A DNA stretch of 19,024 nt from Polyangiaceae bacterium (GCA_044222475.1 JBGANF010000144.1:1-19024), one strand, 5' to 3'; positions 9,351 to 17,791 are shown, counted from the stretch's first letter. The notes: generated by a model not told the origin, from the letters alone. Translations and numbers: made by a program.

Positions 9351-9959
9351 TCAGAAGCCGTCCCACCGCCGGTTCGGTCCGGTGTCCATGTGTACGAACC
9401 AATCGTCCTTGGTGCGGTAGCTTCCGATGCCGCCGTCCCAGCCGAGCTGTCGCAGCTCGGCTTCGATCGCGCGCGGGTCGAGGCCCTTCTCTGCATCGCG
9501 CTCGACGAGACGAAAATCGACGGCGTGCCCGAGCGAGTGTTGCGAGTGCGACGCGACGTGGTGCCCCTTCTTGCGCAGCATCTCGTTGAGCTTGGGGCTG
9601 CGATAGCCGCTCACGATCTCGATCCGCGCGAGCGCGGGATGGCGCTGAGCGAGCGTGCGGAGCATCGCCAGGAGACGCGGATCGATGGGGTGAATCTCGT
9701 TCGTCGCGCGGTCCATCAGGAGCGCATCGAAGCGCTCGCTCGACGGAGTGACATCGTCGAGCGGAATTCGCTCCGGCGTGTGGGTCTGCACGAGCGTCGC
9801 CAGGAGCGGTCCGTCGCCGACCGGCGAGGCTTCTGCCTTTCGCGTGGCGAGGCCGTCGCCGTGGGCGACCCGCGCGTCGTCGCCGGTCACCGCGGGGGCG
9901 AACGCCGCGATCACCGCGCCTGCAACCGCGCCTGCCAGTCGTGCCGAGCCGATCATCAC
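9351..9959 (-). CDS. YcbK/DUF882 family (peptidase M15A-like) zinc metallopeptidase, exported
   Basis: IDPRLL, IVSGYRSPKLN, SQHSLGHAVDF, GGIGSY and FVHMDTGPNRRW; hydrophobic N-terminus. Start is GTG 9959 or ATG 9956. Confidence 0.9.
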   Translation of the reverse strand: MMIGSARLAGAVAGAVIAAFAPAVTGDDARVAHGDGLATRKAEASPVGDGPLLATLVQTHTPERIPLDDVTPSSERFDALLMDRATNEIHPIDPRLLAMLRTLAQRHPALARIEIVSGYRSPKLNEMLRKKGHHVASHSQHSLGHAVDFRLVERDAEKGLDPRAIEAELRQLGWDGGIGSYRTKDDWFVHMDTGPNRRWDGF

Positions 9960-10025
9960 CCTTCCACTCTACCTCGCATCCTAGCTTGACGGGGCCTGCG
10001 CTCCCGTGAAAGCTCGCTCGGCAAC

Positions 10026-10586
10026 GTGAAGCCGAAGCGGACGGACGTGGAGATCGTCGAGACCATTGCGCGCGGCGATCTGGCCGCCGTCGGGGAGCTC
10101 TACGACCGCTACGCGACGATGCTGTTCCCGATGCTGGTTCGGATCATCCGGGATCGCGCCGAAGCGGAGGACGTGCTCCACGATGCGTTCGTCCTCGTCG
10201 GCGAGCGAGCGTCTCAGTACGTCTCCACCCGCGGCAGCGTCGCGTCGTGGCTCGTCACCATGGTGCGCAACCTCGCGATCGACCGCACGCGTCGGCGCGA
10301 GAGGCGCGCCGCGCTCGCCAAGGCGGACGCGAGCGAGCGGCCCGCCCACGAAGAGGCCGCCGACGAAGGCACGATCGACGCCGAGACCGACGCCAGACTG
10401 CTACGGTCGGCGCTCGCGAGCCTCCCCGAGGCCCAGCGCGCCACCCTGGAGAAGGCCTTCTACGACGGCCTGTCGTACCCCGAGATCGCCGAGGCCGAGG
10501 GGGTTCCGCTCGGTACGGTCAAGTCGCGCGCCGCTCGCGCGATCGCTGCGTTGCGCGAGACACTCTCGTCGCGAGACACGAAGTAG
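10026..10586 (+). CDS. ECF-type sigma-70 factor
   Basis: Region 2: LYDRY, AEDVLHDAF, WLVTMVRNLAIDRTR. Region 4: LPEAQR..GLSYPEIA..PLGTVKSR. Confidence 0.93.
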   Translation: MKPKRTDVEIVETIARGDLAAVGELYDRYATMLFPMLVRIIRDRAEAEDVLHDAFVLVGERASQYVSTRGSVASWLVTMVRNLAIDRTRRRERRAALAKADASERPAHEEAADEGTIDAETDARLLRSALASLPEAQRATLEKAFYDGLSYPEIAEAEGVPLGTVKSRAARAIAALRETLSSRDTK

Positions 10587-10607
10587 GTTGGAGGAGACGA
10601 AACGTCG

Positions 10608-11447
10608 ATGAAAGAAACCAAAGGTCCGGTCCGAGACCGCGCGATCCCCGGCCCCGCGCTCTACAAGATCACGGTGATGCCCGACGAGGCCAAGGCCGTC
10701 GTCGGTGTTCTCCACGGCTACGCGGACTACGGCGAGCGCTACCTCCCGTTGATGCGAGCATGGGCGGAGGTAGGCATCGGATCCGTCGCGGTCGACATGC
10801 GCGGCCACGGCCACGCCGAAGGCGCGCGCGGATACTGCGACCGGTTCGACGAGTTCCTCGACGACGCCACGGAGTTGCTCCGCCTCACGAGCGACGCCGC
10901 GCAAGGAGCTCCTCGGTTCCTGCTCGGCCACAGCTTCGGCGGTCTGGTCGCCGCGTCACGCATGCTCCGCGACGCGAGCGAAGTGCGCGGGCTCATCCTC
11001 TCGAACCCCTACTTCGAGCTCGCGCTCGACGTCGGCGCGCCCAAGCTCTTCGCGGCCAAGGTCGCGTCGCGGGTCTACCCGAAGCTCGCGCTTCCGAGCG
11101 GGCTCGCGGGGAAAGACCTCACCCACGACAAAGTGATCGCCGCGAAGTACGACGCCGATCCGCTCGTCTTCAAGAAGGCCACCGCGCGCTGGTTCGTCGA
11201 GTCGACGAAGGCGCAACAGCGGTTGTTCGCCGACGCGCCTCGCCTCGCGATGCCGCTCTACTCGCTGATCGGCGCGAGCGACCCCGTCGCGAGCCCGAAG
11301 GGTGGGCGCCGCTTCCACGAGAGCGCGGGCTCCAAAGACAAGACCCTCGACCAGCGCGAGGGTCTTCTCCACGAGGTGTTGAACGAGCCCGAGTGGCCTT
11401 CGATGGCGAAGGCCATGGGCGACTGGATCCTCGAGCGGTCGAAGTAG
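10608..11447 (+). CDS. Lysophospholipase / monoacylglycerol lipase-type alpha/beta hydrolase
   Basis: HGYADY, DMRGHG, nucleophile GHSFGG, DPVASP and HEVLNE; GGAG ribosome-binding site upstream. Confidence 0.92.
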   Translation: MKETKGPVRDRAIPGPALYKITVMPDEAKAVVGVLHGYADYGERYLPLMRAWAEVGIGSVAVDMRGHGHAEGARGYCDRFDEFLDDATELLRLTSDAAQGAPRFLLGHSFGGLVAASRMLRDASEVRGLILSNPYFELALDVGAPKLFAAKVASRVYPKLALPSGLAGKDLTHDKVIAAKYDADPLVFKKATARWFVESTKAQQRLFADAPRLAMPLYSLIGASDPVASPKGGRRFHESAGSKDKTLDQREGLLHEVLNEPEWPSMAKAMGDWILERSK

Positions 11448-11450
11448 CGG

Positions 11451-12143
11451 CTACTTGCAGTAACCCATCTGCAGGCGGTCACCGCTGCCCACGTTCACCA
11501 GCGTGCACGTCTTGCCGTTGCACTCGCTGTCGGACTGGCAGCCCTGGAACTCGCCAGCGCCGCACGTCGCCTTGCAGCGCGTGCCCTTCTCGCCGGTGAG
11601 GAAGGTGCAGGTGAACTGGTCGGTGCCGGTGCCGAGGGTCAGCGATCCGCCGTCGGCGGTGGTTCCGGGGACGATGCAGCAGACCTGGTTGCTCGGGCAG
11701 TCATCCTTCTCGGCGCACTCGAAGCTGTCCCCCGGGCGCTGCTGGTTGTTGCTCGGCGCCGGGCAGGCCGTCGCGGCGTCGGCGATGCAGAGCGTCGGGT
11801 CGAAGCCGGCGTCGCCGCCCTTGGGCGCGCCGTAACAGCACGTCTCGCCGGTCGCGCAGTTGACGCCCGTGCCGCCATCGTTCGGCTTCGGGATGAACGC
11901 GCAGAACGGCCCGGCCTCGGGGGCGGGGCGCAGCTTGGAGAAGCAGCTCGCCTCGGCGCCGCCATCGCCCGGCGATCCGTCGGTCGTGGTGCCGTCCTTG
12001 CCGGAGTCGTTGCCGACGGTGCCGTCGGTCCCTGCGTCGACCTTCGTGATCGGCTTCGGGTCGTCGCTGCAGGCGGCGAGGAAGATGGTTGCACCAGCGA
12101 ACACGGCGCCACCGCCAAGGATCCAAGCGAGCTTCTTGTTCAT
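11451..12143 (-). CDS. Cys-rich lipoprotein
   Basis: Lipobox FLAA-C; DAG/DGG linker; 18 further Cys in CxxxxxCC and CxxDxxC modules; GGAG upstream of ATG. Confidence 0.85.
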   Translation of the reverse strand: MNKKLAWILGGGAVFAGATIFLAACSDDPKPITKVDAGTDGTVGNDSGKDGTTTDGSPGDGGAEASCFSKLRPAPEAGPFCAFIPKPNDGGTGVNCATGETCCYGAPKGGDAGFDPTLCIADAATACPAPSNNQQRPGDSFECAEKDDCPSNQVCCIVPGTTADGGSLTLGTGTDQFTCTFLTGEKGTRCKATCGAGEFQGCQSDSECNGKTCTLVNVGSGDRLQMGYCK

Positions 12144-12191
12144 GCTCCAAATGGGCCACGACTTTTGCGCGGCGTCAACGCAAGAGCGAGG

Positions 12192-13226
12192 TCAGGAAGC
12201 CTTTTCAGGCCTGATTTTGCCCCACAGCCACATCAGCGGCGCTTCTCCGAGCACGGGCCCGGCGCCCCGTTCGATGCGGCGTTTCGCCTCCCAGCGCACG
12301 AGCGCTCGGCTCACCAGCCCGTTCGCGACGGCGAGGCTGAACCCCGCGACGATGTCGATGAGGTAGTGCCAGCGCAAGAACATCGTCGCCATGATGATCT
12401 GCGAGACGCAGAACGAGAGCGGGATCCACGTGTACTTGAAGGGCTTCTCCTTCCGGTGAAGGAACGAGAAGACCGCGAAGAACGTGGGCGCACCGGTGTG
12501 GAGCGAGGGGAAGATGTCCTTGAGCGCGCCACCGGCGTGCACCGACGAGACCACGAGCCCCCAGAACGTACCGCCCGTCAGCTCGTGGTCGAACTTGAGC
12601 TCGTGATACGGCCCCCAGCCCGGCACCACCATGTAGAGCACGTGGGTGACACAGAACTGGATGAAGATCCCGAGCGCGAAGTGGCGGAGCGAGAGCTCGT
12701 CCTTGCCGGCGAGCACGAACGGGATCACGTGGAGCAGCAGGATGAAGAAGTAGCCGAAGTAAAAGAACGCGAACCACTCGGTGGTGGTCGAGCTCACGTA
12801 CTTGTCCCATGCGACGCTCGGCTCGTAGCCGAAGACGCGCATGTCGAAGCCGTAGATGCTCGCGTCGAGCGCGCGCGTCGTCACCGCCGGGAGGATCCAC
12901 CGAAGCTGAAAGTACGAGACGACGACCGGCACGAGGATCGACGTGCGGTAGAGCAGCGATCCGAGCGGACCCTTGAGGATCTCACCTCGGACGAGGATCC
13001 ATCCGCTGAGCAGGATCGCAACATCGATCGCCAGCATGCGGTAACACGCCTCTTTGCCCTCGCCGTTGCCGAGCGCGAGCGCGAAGAACAGCACGACGAA
13101 GTAGACGCCGACGATCCAGTCCTGCGCGGCGAGGTTGAGGTAGATCTTCCCAGGAAACGAGGTCGCGCGGATCTTCGTCTCGGCGGCGGCGCGTGCGAGC
13201 GGTCTGTCGATCACGGGCTCCAACAT
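12192..13226 (-). CDS. Aur1/IPC-synthase-like PAP2 superfamily integral membrane phosphotransferase
   Basis: Multiple TM helices; YMVVPGWGP, FPSLH and RWHYLIDIVAG; GAGGA ribosome-binding site upstream. Confidence 0.88.
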   Translation of the reverse strand: MLEPVIDRPLARAAAETKIRATSFPGKIYLNLAAQDWIVGVYFVVLFFALALGNGEGKEACYRMLAIDVAILLSGWILVRGEILKGPLGSLLYRTSILVPVVVSYFQLRWILPAVTTRALDASIYGFDMRVFGYEPSVAWDKYVSSTTTEWFAFFYFGYFFILLLHVIPFVLAGKDELSLRHFALGIFIQFCVTHVLYMVVPGWGPYHELKFDHELTGGTFWGLVVSSVHAGGALKDIFPSLHTGAPTFFAVFSFLHRKEKPFKYTWIPLSFCVSQIIMATMFLRWHYLIDIVAGFSLAVANGLVSRALVRWEAKRRIERGAGPVLGEAPLMWLWGKIRPEKAS

Positions 13227-13379
13227 CTCGATCCTCGCGCTCCATGCACGTCGTCGGCCATGGCGCGCGCCGTGAGGCGTTCTACGCCGGGGCTGGTGAC
13301 GTTTCGAGGATTTTTCACGCGAACCCGACCTGCGCCATGGTCATTTGAATGCGAAACGAAGTGCGCGGTGCGAACGGCG

Positions 13380-13691
13380 CTACTCGTCGTCCTTCACAGG
13401 GCGCAGGCGGACGAGGCCAGGGCCCGGCTTCACGCTCGCTTGGCACGCGAGCCGCTGCTTGTCCGGGGTGACGCCGAACGCCTCGAGGACCTGCAGCTCC
13501 TCCGACTCCGGCGCGCCGAGGAACTGCCCGCCCTCGAGTACGACGACCCTGCACGTGCCGCAGCTCGCGCTCCGGCAGGAAAAAGGCACGTCGGCGCGCG
13601 AGTCGTCGCATGCGTTCACGACCTCGCCGCCTTTCGGCATGTCCACTTCGGTCGCGTGTCCAGAGAGCCCTTCGAGTCGAACCGTCGCCAT
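13380..13691 (-). CDS. 2Fe-2S ferredoxin (103 aa)
   Basis: VPFSCRSASCGTC...RLACQ (Cx4Cx2C..C). Start ATG 13691 (MATVRLEG) lies 13 nt after the methyltransferase stop. Confidence 0.92.
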   Translation of the reverse strand: MATVRLEGLSGHATEVDMPKGGEVVNACDDSRADVPFSCRSASCGTCRVVVLEGGQFLGAPESEELQVLEAFGVTPDKQRLACQASVKPGPGLVRLRPVKDDE

Positions 13692-13704
13692 CGCGGCGAT
13701 TTCT

Positions 13705-14973
13705 TTACACCGTTCGAAGCAGAAGTGCATGCTCCCTGCGAGGGGCACCGCGGAAAGCGCGGCGGTCGTGGAAGTGGGGTCGGGCCTGCGACGCCCGGGC
13801 GACGGGCTCCAGGCCGGCGTCATCGCCGGCGTGGGCGACGATCTCGTCGGCGCGGAGCGGGGTGCCTTTCACCTCGGAGTCGGCGATGAGGAGCACGAGG
13901 GCGGCGCGTTTCCGGAGGACGCGCTTGGCCGCCTTGAAGAAGCGGACGAGCTCGTCGTGGAACGCGCGCTTGGCAGTGCCGGCGTCGAGCCGTTCGTACC
14001 GGCGTCGAGCGCCGAGCTCGCCGGCGGCGAACGTCGCGTCGTCGAGATCGAGCCAGCGCAACCGCATCGCGTGGTGCTCGAGGTAGTCGTACGTCGCGGC
14101 ATAGGGCGGCGAAGTGAGGATGGCGTCGACCGACACGGTCGCCACGTGGGCGAGCTTCGTGGCGTCGTCGAGGTACACGCTCGCCGTCGGCTTCTTGCCC
14201 TCGAGGAGCGCGCGGTACTCGCGGAGTCGGCGCGCGAGCTCTTCGGCTTTGCGGAGGAAGAGCTTCGCGGTGTAGCCGGCGGCGAGGCGGCGCGGGGCCT
14301 GGGCCTGCGACGTGTCGGCTTGCTGGTTCGAGACCTTCACGAGGATCGCGGAGAGGACGAGCGAGAGGTCGTCGCGCAGCGGGCCGCGCTCGATCGCCGC
14401 GATGTGGGTGCGCAAGCTGTCGAGCTCGAGGAGGACGTGGGGAGCGAATGCGCGGGCGTCGATCGGTGGGTAGCGCCGGCTGGCACCGGCGCGGCGGGTG
14501 CGTCGCTCGTCGGCGAACGCGCGGGCCTCGGCGGCGGCGGACACGAGCCGCAGGAGATCGTGCTCGGTGCGCGGAGCGAGCTTGCGTGACGCGAGGAGGA
14601 TGGCGAGCGGGTTGAGATCGGTCCCGATCGCGACGCGACCCAGGCGCGCCGCTTCGACGAGCACCGTGCCCGAGCCGCAGAAGGGATCGAGCACGGTCCC
14701 GCCGGGGCGCGAGTAGTCCTCGACGAGGCGCGCCGCCGTCACCGGGTGCATGCGCGCGGGGTATGCGTGGAAGCCGTGGACGTGGACGCGATCGGGATCG
14801 TCGGCTGCGTCGCCGGCGCCACGCGCGCCGTCCGCGCGGGGCGGAGGAGCCGCCGTCACCGCGAGTGCGCGCGCGAGCTTCACGCAGTCGGTCGGGTTGC
14901 CCTCGCGCTCGATGGCGCCGCCGACGTGCGAGAGCGATCGTCGCTGCCTGGGCGGCGAGCCGGGCGCGGTCAC
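13705..14973 (-). CDS. Orphan SAM-dependent amino-methyltransferase, likely DNA N4-cytosine, alpha motif order (422 aa)
   Basis: HGFHAYPARMHP, VLDPFCGSGT (motif I), ILTSPPY (motif IV). GTG 14973 overlaps the upstream TGA (GTGA). Confidence 0.85.
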   Translation of the reverse strand: MTAPGSPPRQRRSLSHVGGAIEREGNPTDCVKLARALAVTAAPPPRADGARGAGDAADDPDRVHVHGFHAYPARMHPVTAARLVEDYSRPGGTVLDPFCGSGTVLVEAARLGRVAIGTDLNPLAILLASRKLAPRTEHDLLRLVSAAAEARAFADERRTRRAGASRRYPPIDARAFAPHVLLELDSLRTHIAAIERGPLRDDLSLVLSAILVKVSNQQADTSQAQAPRRLAAGYTAKLFLRKAEELARRLREYRALLEGKKPTASVYLDDATKLAHVATVSVDAILTSPPYAATYDYLEHHAMRLRWLDLDDATFAAGELGARRRYERLDAGTAKRAFHDELVRFFKAAKRVLRKRAALVLLIADSEVKGTPLRADEIVAHAGDDAGLEPVARASQARPHFHDRRAFRGAPRREHALLLRTV

Positions 14974-15647
14974 GACTTCGCCTTCTCGGCCTCGGCTTCG
15001 GTCTCGGCCTCGGCTTCGGCCTCGGCCTCGGCCTCGGTCTTGTTCTCGCTCTCGTACGTGAGCTTCGCTTCGTCCTCGTCGATGCGAACGCGGACGCTGC
15101 TCTGCGCGGAGAGGGTGGTGAGCAGCGCCTCGGCGTCGGCGGTGGGGAGATCGAGCTCCTTGCCGACGTCTTCGGCGGTGAGCTGCTTGTCGCCCTGCTT
15201 CGCGAGGAGCGCGAGCGTCGCGTTCTCCCACGCTTCGTTCCACGCCGACATGAGCTTCTTGCGTTCGGTGCGCGCTGTGCGCGATGCGCGGGCGGAGAAG
15301 ATCGCGAGGAAGACCCCGCCCGCGATGAGGATCCCCGACGCGAGGAAGCTCTGCGGGGCGAGGACCGCTGCCAGGATCAGGGCGAACGCGGCGGGGATGC
15401 CGAGCGCCCACGATCCGGCGCGCCACGCGAACGCGCTGCGCTTCGCCTTGCCGGCGGCGGCGATCGCGCGGTTCGTGTCCTCGCTCTGTTTGGCCTTGCC
15501 GCCGATCCGTGGGGCGCCGCAGACCGCGCACACGAAGCGCAGCACGGGATCGCGATCGACGCGAGCGAACGCCCCGCATGCCGGGCAGCGATTCTCTTCG
15601 CCGTACGTCTTGGCGAGGTTCGCGGATGCGTCGCTCTCGAGGCCCAT
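14970..15647 (-). CDS. Hypothetical membrane protein with an N-terminal CxxC..CxxC zinc ribbon, two TM helices and an acidic tail (225 aa)
   Basis: ATG 15647; CPACG...CAVCG; hydrophobic hairpin; LTAEDVGKELDLPTADAEALL (HTH-like); EAEAEAEAE tail; stop coupled to the methyltransferase start. Confidence 0.78.
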   Translation of the reverse strand: MGLESDASANLAKTYGEENRCPACGAFARVDRDPVLRFVCAVCGAPRIGGKAKQSEDTNRAIAAAGKAKRSAFAWRAGSWALGIPAAFALILAAVLAPQSFLASGILIAGGVFLAIFSARASRTARTERKKLMSAWNEAWENATLALLAKQGDKQLTAEDVGKELDLPTADAEALLTTLSAQSSVRVRIDEDEAKLTYESENKTEAEAEAEAEAETEAEAEKAKS

Positions 15648-15701
15648 GACCGATCGGGCAATAGCACGATTCCCCGCCGGATTCGTGTAAGCTCGCGGCC
15701 C

Positions 15702-16049
15702 ATGCGCTGGTCTCTTCTGCTCGCCACGGCCCTCGTGCTCGGTCCGACCCTCGTCGCGTGCGGCGCGGCTCCGACGCCTGCCGTCTCGCCGACGAACACG
15801 CCCGCCGGCAGCAGTAGCAGCAGCTCGGAGAGCGCGGTCAAAGCGCGCACCGAGCTCGACGAGGGAGAGCGCTCGATCGACGCGTCGACCTCGGAGTGCG
15901 CATCGGCCTGCAAGGCGCTCGCGTCGATGACGCGCGCGCAGCAAGCGCTGTGCGACGCTGAGCCGAAGGAGTGCGACGCCGCGAAGGCGCGGGTCGAGAA
16001 GGCTCAGGCCAAGATCAAGGGCGCGGGCTGTACCTGCCCGGCGGGCTGA
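15702..16049 (+). CDS. Small helical Cys-containing lipoprotein (115 aa)
   Basis: MRWSLLLATALVLGPTLVA-C lipobox; six further Cys (CASAC, LC, EC, CTC). Confidence 0.8.
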   Translation: MRWSLLLATALVLGPTLVACGAAPTPAVSPTNTPAGSSSSSSESAVKARTELDEGERSIDASTSECASACKALASMTRAQQALCDAEPKECDAAKARVEKAQAKIKGAGCTCPAG

Positions 16050-16098
16050 CTCGCGACGCCTAGCGCGGAGGGGCAGATCGTGGGGGCCGACCCACTTC

Positions 16099-16140
16099 TC
16101 CTCTCTTGGCGCGCCTGGCGCCCCTGGCGGTTCCTCTCTT
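16099..16140. repeat. Intergenic REP-like trimer (CYTGGCG x3, 9-nt period) bounded by TCCTCTCTT direct repeats
   Basis: CTTGGCGCG CCTGGCGCC CCTGGCGGT at 16105-16131; TCCTCTCTT at 16099-16107 and 16132-16140. Confidence 0.6.
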
Positions 16141-16178
16141 CGGGAAGGTCGACGGCTCGCACCCGTATAGGAAAGGTG

Positions 16179-17567
16179 GTGCACCGAGCGCTCCTCACGA
16201 CGATGGTCTTCGGCGCCGTCGCGTGCGGCAGCGCGACTCGGCCGACTCGGGACGTTCGCATCGCGCCGTCGTCGTCCGCCTCGACGGCGGCCGCTGCGGT
16301 GGTGGTCTTCGATCCGTCCCTGACTGTGGTGCACCGAGAGTCGATCCAACAGGTCTCGAAGCCGGATCACGCCGACCGCGTCTTCGCGCTCGCGGCCGAC
16401 GGCACGACGCTCGTCGCGATCGACACGCGCACAGGGGCCGAGACGTGGCGCTCCGCGCTCTCCATCGCCAAAGACGAGCGCGTGAGCATCTACCCCGACT
16501 TCGGCGCCAAGCGGCGCGTCCTCGTCCACGCGGGCTACGAGCTGGTCTTCGTCGAACCAGACTCGGGGACCGTCGTCGCGCGCGCCGAGGCGCTGCGCAA
16601 CTTCAAGTCGGTCAACGACATCGTCTCCACCGCCGAAGAGCCGTACGGTGCTTGCGTCGTCTACGCCGCGTGCAGCATGCAACCGTTCGACTGCGACGAC
16701 GGCCACCGCATCGGGCCGCAGTTCGAGCGGTCGAAGCTCCACGTCTATCGAAGCCTCGGCGGACCGCACGACACGGTGTGTCGAGGGAGGGAGGACGTCG
16801 TGGGCCGCTCCGCCGGTCTCGTCGTCGTCATGACGGAGGAAGAGGAGAGCCCGGTCCTGAAAGGCGTCGACGCCAAGAGCGGCGCCATCGCTTGGTCGAG
16901 GAAGGTCACCTGTCACGACTGCTCGCGTGGCCCGAGTGGCGTCTCGGCCGACGGGTCGACCTGCTGGATATCGGGGGGCGGAGAGCTCGAGGCGTTCGCG
17001 TGCGCTACTGGGCGTACGGTCTTCACCCACGCCCTCACGTCGGCGAAGCTCGGTCCGGAGGTGCTCACCGCCGCGGTTCGTGGTGGGATCTTCGTCAGCG
17101 ACGCGGCGAGCGCGCTCGTCCTGGATCCCAAAACGGGACGACCGGTGTGGTCCAAGAAGCTCGATCCCGGAGCCTTGGGCCTCCCCCTCGGGACGAAGCT
17201 GGATCTGCCGGAGTTCAGCACCTGGGGGGCGCACACCGTCGTGCTGCTCGATCCCGAAGCCGGGCGTGAAGCTGCGCGGTTCGCTCAACCCGCGTACGTC
17301 GAGGTGCGCCAAGGAGCGGATCTCGGACTCCGGCTCGAAGGCGGTCCGGCCTTCGATGCCCGCGGCGTGAAGCAGTACGATCTCCCTCCCGCCACGTTCG
17401 TCGTCAACGATGGCAGTCTCGTCGCTCCGGATGGCACGGTGGTGGCCCATGCCGCGCGATCCATCGAGGTCGTGGACGTACGCTCCTCCAACGGGCTCGA
17501 CGTCGTGACGTTCGAGGCATGGACGGAGGGTCGCTTGGACCTCCTCGTCGCCCGCCGCGGACACTGA
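16179..17567 (+). CDS. Lipoprotein with PQQ-like/BamB-type beta-propeller repeats
   Basis: AGGA before GTG 16179; lipobox GAVA-C; repeats AIDTRTGAETW, VDAKSGAIAW, FACATGRTVF, LDPKTGRPVW and LDPEAGRE. Confidence 0.8.
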   Translation: MHRALLTTMVFGAVACGSATRPTRDVRIAPSSSASTAAAAVVVFDPSLTVVHRESIQQVSKPDHADRVFALAADGTTLVAIDTRTGAETWRSALSIAKDERVSIYPDFGAKRRVLVHAGYELVFVEPDSGTVVARAEALRNFKSVNDIVSTAEEPYGACVVYAACSMQPFDCDDGHRIGPQFERSKLHVYRSLGGPHDTVCRGREDVVGRSAGLVVVMTEEEESPVLKGVDAKSGAIAWSRKVTCHDCSRGPSGVSADGSTCWISGGGELEAFACATGRTVFTHALTSAKLGPEVLTAAVRGGIFVSDAASALVLDPKTGRPVWSKKLDPGALGLPLGTKLDLPEFSTWGAHTVVLLDPEAGREAARFAQPAYVEVRQGADLGLRLEGGPAFDARGVKQYDLPPATFVVNDGSLVAPDGTVVAHAARSIEVVDVRSSNGLDVVTFEAWTEGRLDLLVARRGH

Positions 17568-17791
17568 CGTCGCAAAGCGATCCTAGTCCGGCCCGAACAC
17601 GATCTGCATGTCCGGGAACGCGTCGTTCTCGGCGTAGTACAGGACCGCGCGTCGAGGCATGGACGGAGGGTCGCTTGGACCTCCTCGTCGCCCGCCGCGG
17701 ACACTGACGTCGCAAAGCGATCCTAGTCCGGCCCGAACACGATCTGCATGTCCGGGAACGCGTCGTTCTCGGCGTAGTACAGGACCGCGCG
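17512..17791. repeat. Perfect 140-bp tandem duplication (17512-17651 = 17652-17791)
   Basis: Base-by-base identity with no spacer; covers the 3' ends of two convergent genes. Confidence 0.97.

Noticed and set aside
14985..15038. (CTCGGC)n hexamer run
   Set aside because: Encodes the EAEAEAE tail of the membrane protein; coding low complexity unrelated to the ACG array.
16911..16925. CHDC as a heme c binding site in the beta-propeller protein
   Set aside because: Sequence is CHDCS, lacking the His of CxxCH.
15648..17564. Upstream part of the 864-aa minus-strand ORF
   Set aside because: Antisense to two lipoprotein genes; the real gene begins at ATG 15647.
17512..17791. Prophage or integrative-element att sites
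   Set aside because: Copies are directly adjacent with nothing between them; no integrase or tRNA.
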